The notes under the pieces were generated by a model, which worked only from the letters and a program-made list of their open reading frames with translations, was not told the origin of the DNA and did not search any database. DNA of 64,000 nt from Nageia nagi (Eukaryota; Plantae; Pinophyta): positions 105,772,001 through 105,836,000 of the forward strand of contig JBITNC010000001.1 in the NCBI GenBank assembly GCA_050084985.1, written 5' to 3'. The position numbers and the translations under genes are program-made. Positions 27,553 through 41,707 of this stretch are shown here, one piece after another. How positions within the stretch are numbered: the first letter of the stretch is position 1; the number at the start of each line of letters is the position of its first letter.

Positions 27553-29199
27553 TTTTCAAATATAATTCCTTATAAAGGAATGCCTCTAGATATTAATTAA
27601 ATAACCTTTATTTGGTAATATCTTGATTCGAAATCCCATTTTATAAAAATTCTAGCATCAAATGAATTAAAGAAAATGATAAAAAATTTCTAATATAAAA
27701 TAACGAATAATAATAAAATTGTTACTATGAAGTTATATGTGTATGTCTTGTTTGTTTCATGACTATGACTATGATAACTATGAAATAAAAAAACATCATT
27801 CAAGCACTCTTTCTATGTTAAATTTGTATTATATATATTCTAAATCTAACATAATCATCCAAAATAGATTTTAAGATCATTTTAAAATTAAAATATGTGA
27901 AAATGTGGATTTATCACTTCATTTTGAATTCCTCTCTCTGTCATTGACATCCTAGATTGGGACACTATGTGTCTAATAATAAATGGGAGGTATTGCATTC
28001 CTAAGTTTCGAGGAGATAAATAAATAAATAAGGCGAATAATTTTTGTTTAACACCACCTTGGACGCCATGGGACATGCCATCCTAGTTTGGATGATGTTC
28101 GGTCAACAACGTTGTTGGTAGTCAAAACAAAATGGTGGATCTATCATCCACAAAGGCTCACGCAATAAGTTGGAAACTTGGAAGTCAACAAGCAGTTGGA
28201 GCGGCGGGGACCACGAGGTGGGTCCAATGTTCAATGGAATGAGACAAACACATACAGTAGTTTGCATTTTATCTATTACACTTTCATATTGTCCATGATA
28301 TTCATGTCATAGTTCAGGATGTTTATGATCTATTTTCAAGTACTGTCAACTCTTTCATGGTTTGTATTAGTCATAGTTAGACTTAGTGTTGAAGTGATTC
28401 ATTGTTTTTGGTATTTATAACAATTAATGAGTTATCTAAATTTAAATTCCATTTATTATTATGTAATCACAATTGCCAACAACAATAATTTTTTTTCTAT
28501 TTTAAAGTTTAATAGTTAAGATTATGATTGCTAAAGCATTAAGATAAGGATATTATTAATAAGAAAAGATCTTTTTCATATTATCAAGTTTATTTAGGTG
28601 GATTCAACAAATAAAAATATTATTCTTTGAAATGATATATAAACAAATGAGACAAAAAAAGAAGAATTCATCGACCTTGTATATAATCAACTAACTCCAC
28701 ATAAAGTGTTCAAGTTGCAAAATCCTACAAAGAAAGTGTCTTGATCATGAAGAGGGACCATTTTTTAATTAATTCTATAGAAACTTTAATACCACCCTTT
28801 AGGCAAACTACTATATTTGTAATGGAGAGCATTCCTTGGTTGGCTACCCTCTCAACTAATATTCAATTATTAGGTGTTCCCTTGAGAATGGGTAGAGTTA
28901 TCATATGGGTAATTCATGATTTGGCCCTTAATTTTTTATGATAGATTCCTAATTAAACCATCCATGGTTTCTTACTAGAACTCCCCAACTTTTTATCAAA
29001 CGTTGTTGAAAGTTAATCTTAATGTAGTTCGAAGGACAATTTATAAATGTAAGTACACTAAAGACTTGTAATACCTTGAAATATATAACCTTTTACATCC
29101 TCAAAATAGCTAACTAATGTGCCATTGTATGTACTAACTTAGATAAAAATACAAAAAATATTTGATACCTAGTTAACAAAAAATATCCTAACAATATAT

Positions 29200-29355
29200 T
29201 TCTAACACTACCCTCTAATGAAAAATTGGATATCAATCCAAGCTTATGCCTAAACATGATAACCTTATCTCTATTGAGAAGTTTCTTCATTACATCAACA
29301 ACTTGTTCATTTGTAGAATAATACTCAAGGCTATTTTTTTTATGCTTAGAAACCT
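29200..29355 (-). mobile_element. Copia RNase H 3' end with PPT/LTR junction (fragment)
   Basis: Minus strand 'SLEYYSTNEQVVDVMKKLLNRDKVIMFRHKLGLI' followed by agagggtag-tgttag. Confidence 0.65.
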
Positions 29356-30249
29356 ACCAAATATAGTGATATTTTTTTTTCCTAAAATTGAAGAAACTGA
29401 CATTCATAAAAAAAACCTAGATTTTTGAAAGGGTCTTTGTCCCTTGTACAAAATTGAGTCATTTACAATACATGTATGATATATACTAAAATAGCATAAA
29501 GTATAGACCTATAGAAAATGTAATATAACTATGACCCATTGATTACAATAAAACGCAACACCTAATATGCATACATATATCATACTGGATAACACATCTA
29601 AGGATAGAGAGTTGTGAATACAAACAAAATTCTAAATCTTTTAAATCTTCAAGTTTCCTTTGGTTTGTATGATCTGATCAGTTTTGAAAGAACAAGTATA
29701 TAAGACTAAATTCTTAATTACCCAAGATCTCATGAAAGCTCTCTAAGACATCATCACAATAGCATAATTAACACAATGACAACAATTTGACAAACTCATT
29801 AACATAAGTGACGCAAGTGATTATAGTGGTTCCTCTCACAATGGGAAGATTATTCCACTCTAATACTAGAATCCTTTACTTCTCAAGATAATTTTTACAA
29901 TGCTAAGAAGCTCTTCCTCTTTCCATCTCTCTATAAACTAATAGCATTTCTCTCCTACAAAGTTGAGTGAGTAAAAATGAGGGGAAGCCCTCTATTTATA
30001 GAAGAAATCCACACTTTGGGTTAATATCCAAGGTGCACACCAAGACCCAATAGATAAGCTTTCCCATTATCCTAAGGATAAGCATGCCTTACAAGTGGGT
30101 TGTGTGTGGATCAAGTCTCCTTAATTCTTTATTCATTTAAGAGAATAATATTAGGAAGGTTACATTTGTTTCTAGATACCTAAAATAGTATGCATTAGAT
30201 AGTTTAACACTCCTTCTTAATGCAATATTGGGGTTAGAGAGAAGAGAAG

Positions 30250-30252
<3 letters not shown>

Positions 30253-30342
<90 letters not shown>
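30253..30342. repeat. Perfect (GA)~45 microsatellite
   Basis: Seen directly. Confidence 0.98.
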
Positions 30343-30345
<3 letters not shown>

Positions 30346-31029
30346 CTCCTCCATAATAGATACAAGCAAAGATGAGAACTTTGACATCATTGAGAAGTAA
30401 CATGAATCTAAACAAGGCTCAATACTTTACCATTTAATAATGGTTTATAATACAATCATTAATCACAACTAATTTCAATGTATAAAGTAGTCATTCAACA
30501 ACAAGTTAACATGATGAGCCTCCATGAGTTTGCCCACTCAAAGTAGGTAACCTATACTCTTAAGAAGAAACCTACAAGGTACAAGTAGCTCACAAACAAA
30601 ATCAATCATATGCATCATATAAACATTAATATCATCATAAGATAGATGAATCAAGTAATACCTTTCATAAATTGATCAATGGTGCACTATAAGTTATCAC
30701 GAAGATGACAAGCCAATACTCATAGTCACCTATTGTCTAGAAAAATATGTGTTGATCAACCTCAAAGAATAGAGCATAAGAACATATGAGTTTCTCACAT
30801 ATGGATAACTTAATAGTGCTAAAAAATACATATTGGTTCCTCACATATGGATAATTGAAATAGTGCTAGTAAAAGCCATCATATGCTCAAAAAATCTACA
30901 ACTAGTTTCTCACATGAAGAAAACTAACCATGAAGGTGTACAAAAGAGATCAACACTATAAAACCATAAAATCCTCCTAGGGATGAAGTAATCACCACAT
31001 AAATTAATTTCATAATAATTTAACCTTCA

Positions 31030-32127
31030 ATATTCCCTTTTCACTAACCTAATATAATCCCTAATCTTGCAAAATAAAGCTTCAGGAAGGGGCTTCATGA
31101 ACAAGTCAACAGAGTTAAGGATCGATGGAAAATACTGCAATTGTAGGACACCATATATTTTTTCCTTTGATAGAAAATAGGGTTCTTTACCAATGTAATA
31201 ATCTAATAATTATCTAAATAAATTTGATATGAGTGAGCCTTATCATACCCAATTTGTTTCAAAAGATGCCTCAACCAAGTGGCTTTCTAAGTTGTGACTA
31301 ACATGGTTCAATATTTTTCCTTTATGGTCAAGAGAGAAGTAGTAGGATGCTTCTTGGAATCTCAAGAGATAGCACCTAAACTAATGCTAAACACATAAGC
31401 AAAGGTTGATTTCTTTTCATCTTTATCTCCTCCATAGTTAGAATTTGAGTACCTTGAGTGAAAAAATGAGGGTAACTTGGAATAATTGAGAGCAAGATCC
31501 TTTGTTCTCATAAAATACCTCAAGATTTACTTAACAACATTGAGATGCTCAACATACCATTTTTGCATAAAGTATGTCATAAGATTTACTATAAAGATAA
31601 TATATAGCCTAGATAAAGTTCAATAAAGTAGATTGCTAATTAATTTCCTATAAAATGTCACATTTGCCAACTGAGAGTTGAAGCTAAGAGAAAGAGTGAT
31701 TCCATGAGAGATTGGGATTGTAGTAGGTTTCGACTCCTCTATTCCAAACTTTTACAATATATTTAAGATATACTTAGATTAACTAAGGTAAGTATAATCC
31801 TTGTATTGGTACACTTGCATTCCAAGGTAGTTGTGTAAAAAACCAAGATTAGTTATTTCAAATATTGCCTTGAATTTGGATATGCACTCTTGGATGATTT
31901 CATTATTATTTTTGTGATTAAAATATCATCCACATAAGGAATAATTAAGATCAAGTCTTTTTTCTAATTGATCACATATATATCTTAATCAAAAAAGCAC
32001 TTGGAGAACCCAATATCCACAAAGTATCCTAAAAGCTTTTTGTACCAAACTCTAGGTGCTTGCTTAAGTTCATACAAGAACTTCTTTAGCTTGCACACAA
32101 GGGATTATTTATCTTCCATAAAAAAGC
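31030..32127 (-). mobile_element. Ty1/copia RT (C-terminal part) and RNase H, split by the gypsy insertion
   Basis: Minus strand '[20 protein letters not shown]' (~32040-32100), RNase H end 'LQYFPSILNSVDLFMKPLPE' (~31080-31140), PPT-like gaaaagggaa (~31033-31042). Confidence 0.85.
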
Positions 32128-32929
32128 TTTTGATATGTGTTTTGGTATCACCTAGGGTTTTATTCTAAATGAAATAAAATCACATAAATATTTACTATAC
32201 AATTTATCTAAGCTAAATAACTCAAACAAACATATATGAATGGGGGAATATCTTAGTCCAGTGATAGAATAATGAAATTACATTGATGTTTAGATGTAAA
32301 ATGAAGCTACATGTACTAAACAAAAAGGAATCAATTCAAAGAAAAATACATGTGTGTCCCTACTTGTATTTATGTTGAGGATATGATGGAAACATTTATC
32401 GAAGAATAATGACCTTGTTGTGTGAACCCCAAGGCCAAATACAAAAAAAACATGAGCATAGACGTAGATCACTCAAACCTCAACATGGGGATGAATATCA
32501 ATGTGAGTATGAACATTCTTGAGGAATTAGATTTTCCAATAAGGATTGATGATAATAGATGTGATGATAAGTCAAATCAAGTATATGATTACGAAAGTGG
32601 ATAACAAATATATGCTCAAGTGATAACAAGATTCTAGTCTCAATAGGTGGCATTTCAAAAAACCCAAGTGTAGGGTATTGACTATGAAGATATAATCTTG
32701 ACATGCTTTCCATAGGTTAGAGATACTTACATTTATATAAATCATGATTCACCATTTTACCCCTTAAATATTGGTTGAATTCATTTCAATGTATCTAAAA
32801 TAAAAAACATAAGAACATAACCTAAGAAATATGTGATAATATACTAAAATATGAGTAAATGTAATTAAATGTATATGTAAAGTTGCACTTAAGTGGGACT
32901 GTATTAAGGGGACCACTTTTATGTGTCAA
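32128..32929 (-). repeat. 3' LTR of the 32-41.7 kb gypsy element
   Basis: Colinear with 40907-41707 (agggttttattctaaatgaaataaaa, ataacaagattctagt, gtaaagttgcac.taagtggga). Confidence 0.9.
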
Positions 32930-34959
32930 CTTATGCCCTCTTTATAAGTATAATGAAATTGAATCTTGAAATGATATTATTATTGCAAAGGAAGTAAATG
33001 TAAAGAGAGGAAAATTTGACACTTCTTTGGTTTAGTTGTTCAGATCATCAAGGATTTGATGATGTATATTGCTGCCCCTTTGTCTTGGTTATGAGATGTA
33101 ATGGCTTGCATATAGTAGAATCAACCAAGATTAAAGAATGAAATCTAAAAATGAGAGGCACATACTTTCAATAACATATATGATTGTTAACTCATAAAAG
33201 GTATAACAATGAATAGTAAGAGAGAACATCATAGCATTTCATCAAATGATATAGCAATAATAGAGCAAGGATGAAATTAATATAATATGTAGACATTGTA
33301 TTGAGAACATTAAATATAGAAATAATCAATATTTTATTCTTAAATGCATACATAAGAAATCATGATAAAGATGTGTCCACATTATCGTGGGATGCATGCC
33401 CCATTCCTAGATGGAACACATGAAAACAAAATCATATATGTTAACATCATCATGATGTACATGCCCCATTATTAGATGCAACATAAGAATCAAGAAGGAT
33501 AACATGGTGACAGTTATTTGAGACCTAATCGACAAATATGACTCAAAGACATGGTTGGTTTGAATATTTATGAACCATGTTATATGGTATGTCATTCATT
33601 TTCATGAGGTACATACCCCATTCTTAGATGTGATTTAAGAATGATGGTTAGTTGAGACCCAACCAACAAAGGTGACTCAAAGATGATTAGTTTGAATATT
33701 TCCTAATCATGAAAATGATTAAATGTAAAGTATTAATAAGGATAGGAATATTCCCTATGACTTACCCACTATGTTAATGTGTTGTTATTTAGCCTAATTA
33801 ATACCTTTGTAACCCAACATATGTGCTAGGTGCAATGCATGCTAGTGCATTTGCACTAAATATTTCTATTGTTGAAACTACAATAAGTAGCATGATATAT
33901 GATTTCTAAAAAAGATATTTTCATACCTAATAATCAATGCTAATAGAGTGCTTGATTTTGTGACAAATAGCTTGGACCCAAGAATGAACGTGTGAAGACC
34001 ACATCATTATTCAATTGGATGTCTATCTATGCCTAAAACAAAATTATTCTCCAAGAAATGTTAATTATATATTAAGTTTTAAACCACATGTAGTTGGAGG
34101 GTTTGTGATTTTTAGGCTAAGGATGTGAATGCTAAGGGATGATAACATGGACAGTAATGTGAGCATAGATGTGAAGGTATGTTATGATTTTGGTTGTGAA
34201 ATATTTTGGCGCTTGATTCAAATGTCATGATTAGAAGGATTTTCATATTTTAGAGATAGAGAAGGTAGTAAAGGTTAGATAATTGGCATTTTCCACATTA
34301 ACTATGTCCTAATTAGAGTTTAAATAGGCTAGGATAGTGACTTATTTGTCACTTTCACTATTTGAATCTTGAGCTCTAGTCTAGGAAGGATTGGGTGAGC
34401 TTATTGAGATGATTTGGAGCATTGCGAGTTATCAACATTGCTAGGTAAGTTATTTTATTTATGAATTAAAATGATTTATGTTAGTTTTATTATTTTTTCT
34501 AGAGTTTTTAATCCAATTATTCATTTTAGGATGAATATTATGAACTAAGATAATCATAAGGCCTACCTCTTGCAACACAATAGAGTTTCAACACATGTGG
34601 TGAGTACCTAAGACCAAAATAATATTTTTATTTCATCAAATTTTAACTTAAATAGGTGAAATGGGAAAAATCATGGGTTCTAAGGTAGGATTGTTTAATA
34701 TAGGGCCTAGTCGATTTTGGGTTAAGAGGGTGTGTTTTGCACAAAGATGATATTTTTACTAGGTTGCAATGGTGAAGGGAGTTTGAACCTAATTTTCAAA
34801 AAAATTTGTCACAAAAAGCCCAATGTAGGAATTAACATTAATGCAGGTATTGGTGTGGTAGACTTTATTTTGAGATGGGGAAATGGCTATCCTATTGTGG
34901 TGTTTATTTATGTGTGCTAGAAATAATTTAATAAAATTGTTGTATTATGATTTAACTAA

Positions 34960-36953
34960 AATTAGATCAAGAATTAATGTGTACCTTGTTGATTTGTGCT
35001 TGGAATGTCACCAATTCTTCATGGAGCTCAAGCTTATGTCTCAAAGCTAGAAGAAGTTCCTAGTAATGAAGGATAAATTCATGGATGAGGAGATGGATAT
35101 ATTACAACATGTTGGTATGGGATGACTCCTGCATGCTCCATATGTTTGAGTGGATAAGAAGCTACCTACAACCCTGATGGAGAGATGGTCTGAGAGGATC
35201 AACACTTTCCATCTTCCTATTGGGTAGATCACCATAGTGCCAAAGGATATTCATGGGATCCTATGGGTGCTTATGAAGGGGTGGCCCATATTATTACAAA
35301 AGGGGATGAATGATGAATAATGCAAATGTTTGACTAATAAAATTATAGGCTTTGAAAAGTATCATAAAGGAAAGAAGGGTGCCTTCCTTCATCATGCTTT
35401 CAAGAGAAAGATGAAGAGGTTTAGGTAGGTTTGGTTGGTTATGGATGCATGCATCAATAGTATCATATATCTAGATAAAAATCATGAGGTCTTTCCAGTT
35501 GGATTGATACCAATGGTCTATAAGATGATATAGGTTCATTGATATGCATGGGTACCTTATATTATAGCTTAGATCTACCATGATTTGCATAACTTCATCA
35601 TGGTGTAGAAAAGTAGAAAGAGAGTGGCATATTAATTTATGATACAATGTTGGGCGTACAAGCATGTTACCATGGTTAGACCTAGAGAGATTCTTCTACA
35701 TGGGATAGATCTCAATCATCCTATGTGGTATCGATGGGCCAAGCATGGAATGATCATACGGGTCCATAAGATCATGGAGGCTTATAGGAAAGTCATTGAT
35801 GGATTGATGGGTGGTAGGTAACTTACCATGCATGTTTTAGTTTCATGGGTTATTGATTAAGAGAGAAGACTAACATGTGATTTTAGTTTTATAAGAGATG
35901 TTATTTACAAACATTATGCAAGGTTACCTTATTGGCCTAATGATCCAAGGGGTGAGCTAGATTAGCAGCACACACTGGGCTACTTGTAAAAATGTAAGAC
36001 CTTCATGGAGCCTTATATACTTAATAGGATCATGATGCAAATTGATAAGAGATAGGGCATTCCAAAATTTGTAGTGGGGATAAGGAGATATAGGGCACAT
36101 AACCCTAATTTGCACTAAACACCTCCCAAGTGGGTGGAGGAGTGGAAACCTCCCAAGACCATGGGTTGGGGAGTGACTTACATAATGAGAGGGATGAGGA
36201 CCCTAATTGAACATGTATTTTTATCAATCCTACTTGACATGGTGGGCTAAAGTGAGACCCAATACACTCAAATTATATGGAATGGAGTGGTTGGTGGAGG
36301 TTGTTGAGGGAGAGGTATAAGAAGGAGAAGAAGAAGAAGGGGATGATGAGGAAGAGGAAGATGTGTGGGTAGAGGAGCTACCATAATAGAAAGAGAAAGG
36401 AGGATGGAATGTTTTGATTAGGATTCATATCACAGATACACAATAAAAGCTCAAGATAAGCTTAGTAAGTATATTTATTTATGTACTTGCAAGTTAATAT
36501 TCATGTAATAATAATATAACTAACATACATGTTTTATTTTAGTTTTATAGATTAAACTAAGTTGGTATAGGAATTTGAAAAAGTAATAAGATAACAAGTG
36601 GAGGACATACTAGTGAGCGTAAAGGAGGAGATTGCTATGAAGGACCAAGAGATAGAGGGGCTAAAGGTGATATTGATAGCTCTAGATCAGAGTATGGAGA
36701 CACTGTGAAGATGCATCAGGATTCCCATGACTATAACTTCATAAGGATTATGGACCATGTGATTGAGTAGAACAAGAATATAAAATACCTATTGAGTGAG
36801 AAGGGATACCTACAATCTTAGTTTGTAGCTTTGAAGGAGCAAATTAGACTAAAGAGGCCAAGTTTGAGAAGGATGACCTCTAAGTCTAAGAGCTTCAAGA
36901 GTGCTAGTCTAGTCACCGTTGGTACCACTAGCAATGTTAGCATAGGGAATTGA
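34960..36953 (+). pseudogene. Decayed plant mobile domain (PMD; MAIN/MAIL-like) gene, antisense within the gypsy element
   Basis: 'MERWSERINTFHLPIG*ITIVPKDIHGIL' (~35177-35262), 'YAW' (~35544), 'IQCWAYKHV' (ORF 35639..35821), 'EPYILNRIMMQ' (~36009), acidic tract (~36320-36380), probable intron 36464-36550, then a coiled-coil-like tail. Confidence 0.85.
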
Positions 36954-38088
36954 CCTAGGTGTGGTTGGATGCTTGGATGTATATTTTGGAAAAGATAATT
37001 TAATACCACATTTTTTATTAATATAATTGAAAGATATTATTATCTATACTGAAAATGTGTTATTAAATGGGAATGATTTGCTTAGGAATTTATACTTGTT
37101 TTGGATTGGCTAAGTGTTAGGATATGTGTGGTTATTGGGTATTTATGTTATGTAATGATTAAATAATTAATATAATAGCTTATACATTACTTTAAGGGTA
37201 TTAGATATATATATATAAAGTAAATTAAACCCAACATGAGTGTTGGCATTTTTAAGGAATTAATATATTTGGTTGTGAATTATCAGGTCTTGATAACATA
37301 AAGGAATAAAAGTTATGGTTTAGACATGGGAAAGTGATTCATCATACTTGTATTTAAGAAAATGTGAAGGTAAAAAATGAATCTGAGTGCCCAAAATGGA
37401 TTTAAAGATGTATTTCAAAGTGAAACCATGTTCATGCTACTAGAAATAAATATGAGAGACAAGAAGTTTTTGATTGTGTGAAAAATATGGTAAGGAACCC
37501 AATGCAAGCACTAGTATAACAAATAGAAAATGGAGCTACGTATGACCTCTCTAGCATTAGTTTGATCCTCCAAGAATGTTTGGACCTACTAAAATGATGA
37601 TAGGTTGAGAAACTTATAGATGGACCTAAACAAAAAATTATCAAATGGAACTAGACTAAGTTTTTTCTTAGAAAATGATTACAAACCCAAAAAAGGCATA
37701 GGTTATGTCCTCTAAAAGAATATGAATGGTATCAATGTACTATTGCCTTCCTAAGATTTAGAAGGAAGACCATTGCACACATTGATGCTAGTGTCTATGC
37801 ATAGATACAAAGGGATATGTGGATATGATTCCTAATATTTAATAGATGTCCCTAATTTGGCAAAGATAAAAACAAAAATAGGTGGATTGCATCCTAGCAT
37901 GAGTGCAAGGATCTAGTAGAAATTTGATCACAAAACCAAAATAAAAATATTTATACTACTACATATATATATATCAAAAAACTATGAATGATAAGAGCAT
38001 GAATAATAATATGTACCTTTTTACTAAGGTGGAGGAAGAGTACTCATGAAGTTGACACTTATGTTTGATGACATGGCTTTGATAAAAT

Positions 38089-39150
38089 TTAGGAATGAGT
38101 TGTTAAATATGCCCATGGTCTTGTTCTTTTTGGCTTATCATTTTCTTTTAGTTCTAGGAAAGAGACATTCTTTTGATTAATTAGGTATTGAATCTTGTTG
38201 AGTAATGTCACATAATACTTTGTTGCATGACCTCTTTGTTGGTGATACTTGTATAACTCATTTGAATTGCACTCATTTGGTACTCTTGCTATAAAGGATG
38301 GCTCAGTTGTAGGCTTTAGTGGTGGAACCAATAACTTTTTTTGATTAAGGCCCTTGTTACTTCATCAATGTCATCATAGATGGGTGTGAATTTCCTTATA
38401 GTAAATGTTTGGTATTTTTTATAGAGTGATTTCTCTTCTTTGTCAAATTTTTGAAATTTAGTTGATGCTACTATAGGTTGTTGTATCTATTCCACTTTGG
38501 CTACAATTTTTTTCTTCTTGAGAATGATCCTATTTATTTTGATGTTGAGGCTATGAAGGTGATTTATCCCTTTTTCTCTTTGATTTAGGTTTCCAATGTC
38601 CATATATAATATTGAATTATTCCTTTTCCAATAATGATTGTAGAAATGCATCAAGTGGTAGCATGTGATAATTAAAATATTCTACTATATACTTTGATTG
38701 AAGTGCCTCTAAGAATTCCATGATCTTCATGTCATCATCAACATGAACTTTATTAGCCTTTTTAGTCTTAAATCTGATAAAATTCTCCATAGATTATCAT
38801 TCTCTTTTCCTGAACTTCATCAAATCATTAAATGTAAATTTATTTGCAATACAAAGGTGATAATGATTGCAAAATAGAATCTTCAATTGTGGAAAACTAG
38901 TAATGCTAGCATGTGGCAATTTGTTTAACCATTCTAAGGCTTCTCCTTTTAGAGATAAAGGGAATAACATGGCATGCAAGTCCTCATCCAAAGTGCCTAA
39001 AGATAATTCATTAGAAAAAATACACACATGAAGACAATGATCAATAGTATCGTAAAATTTTGTAAATTTCAACTCTTTTCCATAGAGTAATATAGTATTT
39101 CTAATTCACATACATAAGGGATTATTTTCTTCATTTCATTAGGTAGCTAG
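38089..39150 (-). pseudogene. Degenerate gypsy gag (Retrotrans_gag plus zinc-knuckle-like motif)
   Basis: ORF 38797..39072 'LFPLSLKGEALEWLNKLPHASITSFPQLKILFCNHY'; ORF 38089..38331 'YHQQRGHATKYYVTLLNKIQYLI'. Confidence 0.85.
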
Positions 39151-40906
39151 CTAATCCTTGACACTTAGCTATTATCTTGACTTGTTGCTATAGCCCCTCA
39201 ATTCTATCTTGAGTTATTATTGGCACTACATTCTCCAAGGGAAAAGGTGGTATGATAATTGGAATAGCTTCCCTTGCATGTTCCTATGATTGTTTAGAAT
39301 GTTGACCTTCTTCAAAGGTTGCTAGCTATTTTCCAGGTTTGAAGACTTCAAAATCTCTTATTTTATCATCTCTATGATGGATGATGTTATGTAATGTGGA
39401 TGAGAAAAACCATTATCTATCAATATAAGACATCAATATCATGTTCTTCCTATTTTATTTTAGAATTTTTGTACACTTGATGTCATTTTCTTCTTGATTC
39501 CATCTGGGTAATGGTTACATAGCTTGGGAAAGTAGTCTATCTACTTCTTCTTCCTAATATTTTCACTTATTTCTATAAGTGTAATGGATTGGTTGCTTAT
39601 TCATATTTTCAAATAATCCTATCTTTTTTGTATAATCATTTTGCACTTTTTGAAGAAACCATTTGTAGTATTTAATCTTTTCAAGGATACTCATGTTTTT
39701 TATAGCCTAATCATTGACTAAATGGAGAAATTTTGTTCTAATCTTGTTATATTCCTTTGACCAATCTAGATATGGTGCATCAACCTCTGCTAGAAGGTTA
39801 TTGATTTCTTCATATTTTGTAGGATATTCTTGCTCACATTCATCCTAAAAAAAAAAATCTATATCATCATCAAAATATGGAACTTGTTTATCCTATCTAT
39901 TATATTCAATTTGTGTGGTTGGACCATTGTTATCATTAGGTGAAATTGTATTATCAACCCAAGCTTCTTGATGAATTAAATCTTACAATGTAGTAGGTTG
40001 AATAAGCTTTTCACTAATTCTATTGATTAGATCAATGATATCCTATTGCTTTTCTTGAGCTACATCCATAATAGGAACTAATAAAGGAACTAGAGCTATT
40101 AACTCTGCCTGAGGCTCAACATCTACACTAAGGTTAGTGCTAGCACTGATGTGGGGAACCATGCCAGCTTTTGGAAGGATAAATGGGTGGAAATTTGGTA
40201 TGGGAGAAGACTTATTTGAAAATAATCCCAAATTTATGTTTCAAGGCATAAGATTCATTTCATTAGGAGGTATGTCCTCCTTGTACCTTTTACAATTCCA
40301 TATCTTGTGTTATTTTTCGACTTCTTCATCTTCAAGTGCTTCAATTGCATAAGCCTTTTCCTTAATTGGTAGTCCATTGAGAAGCTTTATGAACCTATTC
40401 TTATTCTCTTTAGAAATCATAACATTCTTAAATATCTCATCATCACATAATTAGGCAATGATATCCTCTTCAATTGTGATAGGAGGTTATTAATTTAGAG
40501 GAGTCTGATATCCAGTATTATCTAAATTAACCATCTGATTTACTATTTTAGTTGAATTTTTAGAGCTATATACAAAGCTCTCCTAATTTGAAATAATATT
40601 GGTAGCTTATTTATTTATTTACCCATATATATCAGTACATGGTTGTTTGGTGTGAATTTTCTCACTTCACCTTTGAACAACTTTAAGTATACCAATTCTT
40701 CTTCTCTTTGGAATTTTCTTGTCTATAAGATTAGTATTAAGATGCACATTTTTTATTACTAGTAACAAAAAATATTTTAAGCATATAATCTGTAAATAAA
40801 ATTCTTAATAGGTTTGACATTACAGTAGAATTGTAGGTTTGAAAGCAATTTTTTATTAACCCTAATTAAGAGAAATAAAACTCCATAAAAAGGTGTACAC
40901 CAATAT

Positions 40907-41707
40907 GTTGATATGTACTTTTGTATCACCAAGGGTTTTATTCTAAATGAAATAAAAGTACCTAAATATTTACTATATGATTTATACAAGATAAATAACT
41001 CAAATAAACATACATTAATAAGTGAATATCTCAATGCAATAACAAAATAATGAAATCACATGGATGTCAAGATGTAAAATAAAGTTACACACACTAAAGA
41101 GAAAGGAATAAAGTGAAAGATAAATACATGTTTGTTCTTACTTATGTTAATATAGAAGATATTAAATATGAACTTATTGAAGAGTAATGATCTTCTTGTG
41201 CGAACTCCAAGGCCAACTATTGAAGAAACACCAATATGAGTGTAGATCTATAAGAGCTCAGCATAGGCATGAATTTCAACATGGGTATGAATGTTCTTGA
41301 AGAATGAGGTTCTCCAATAAGGATCGATGATAATAGACATGATGACAAGTTTAACTAAGAATATTATTGCAAAATTAGATAACATATATGCACTCGAGTA
41401 ATAACAAGATTCTAGTATTAATAGGTAATATTTAGAAACACCCCAGTGTAGGGTACCAACTATCAAGATGTAATCTTGACATGCTTTCACCAAGTTTGAG
41501 ATACTTATATTTACATTAGGCATGATTCACCATTTGATCCCTTGAATATTAATTAAAGCCATCTTGGTGTACCAAACATAAAATTTAAGAACAAATACTA
41601 AGAAATATGTGATAATATCATAAAATATTAGTAAATATGATTAAATATGTGTGTAAAGTTGCACCTAAGTGGGATCATATTAAGGGTACCAATTTCAAGT
41701 ATCAATA
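40907..41707 (-). repeat. 5' LTR of the 32-41.7 kb gypsy element
   Basis: tgttgatatg...gtatcaata; homologous to 32128-32929. Confidence 0.9.

Larger units (their letters stand above)
32128..41707 (-). mobile_element. Non-autonomous Ty3/gypsy (Tat/Ogre-like) element: LTR-gag-(no pol)-antisense PMD-LTR
   Basis: ~800-bp LTRs at 32128-32929 and 40907-41707; degenerate TSD aaagc/aaatc; PBS-like ttggtgtacacc inside the right LTR; PPT-like aaagagggcataa inside the left LTR; gag and PMD remnants. Confidence 0.88.

Noticed and set aside
30137-30415. Ser-Leu repeat ORF
   Set aside because: Translation of the (GA)n microsatellite.
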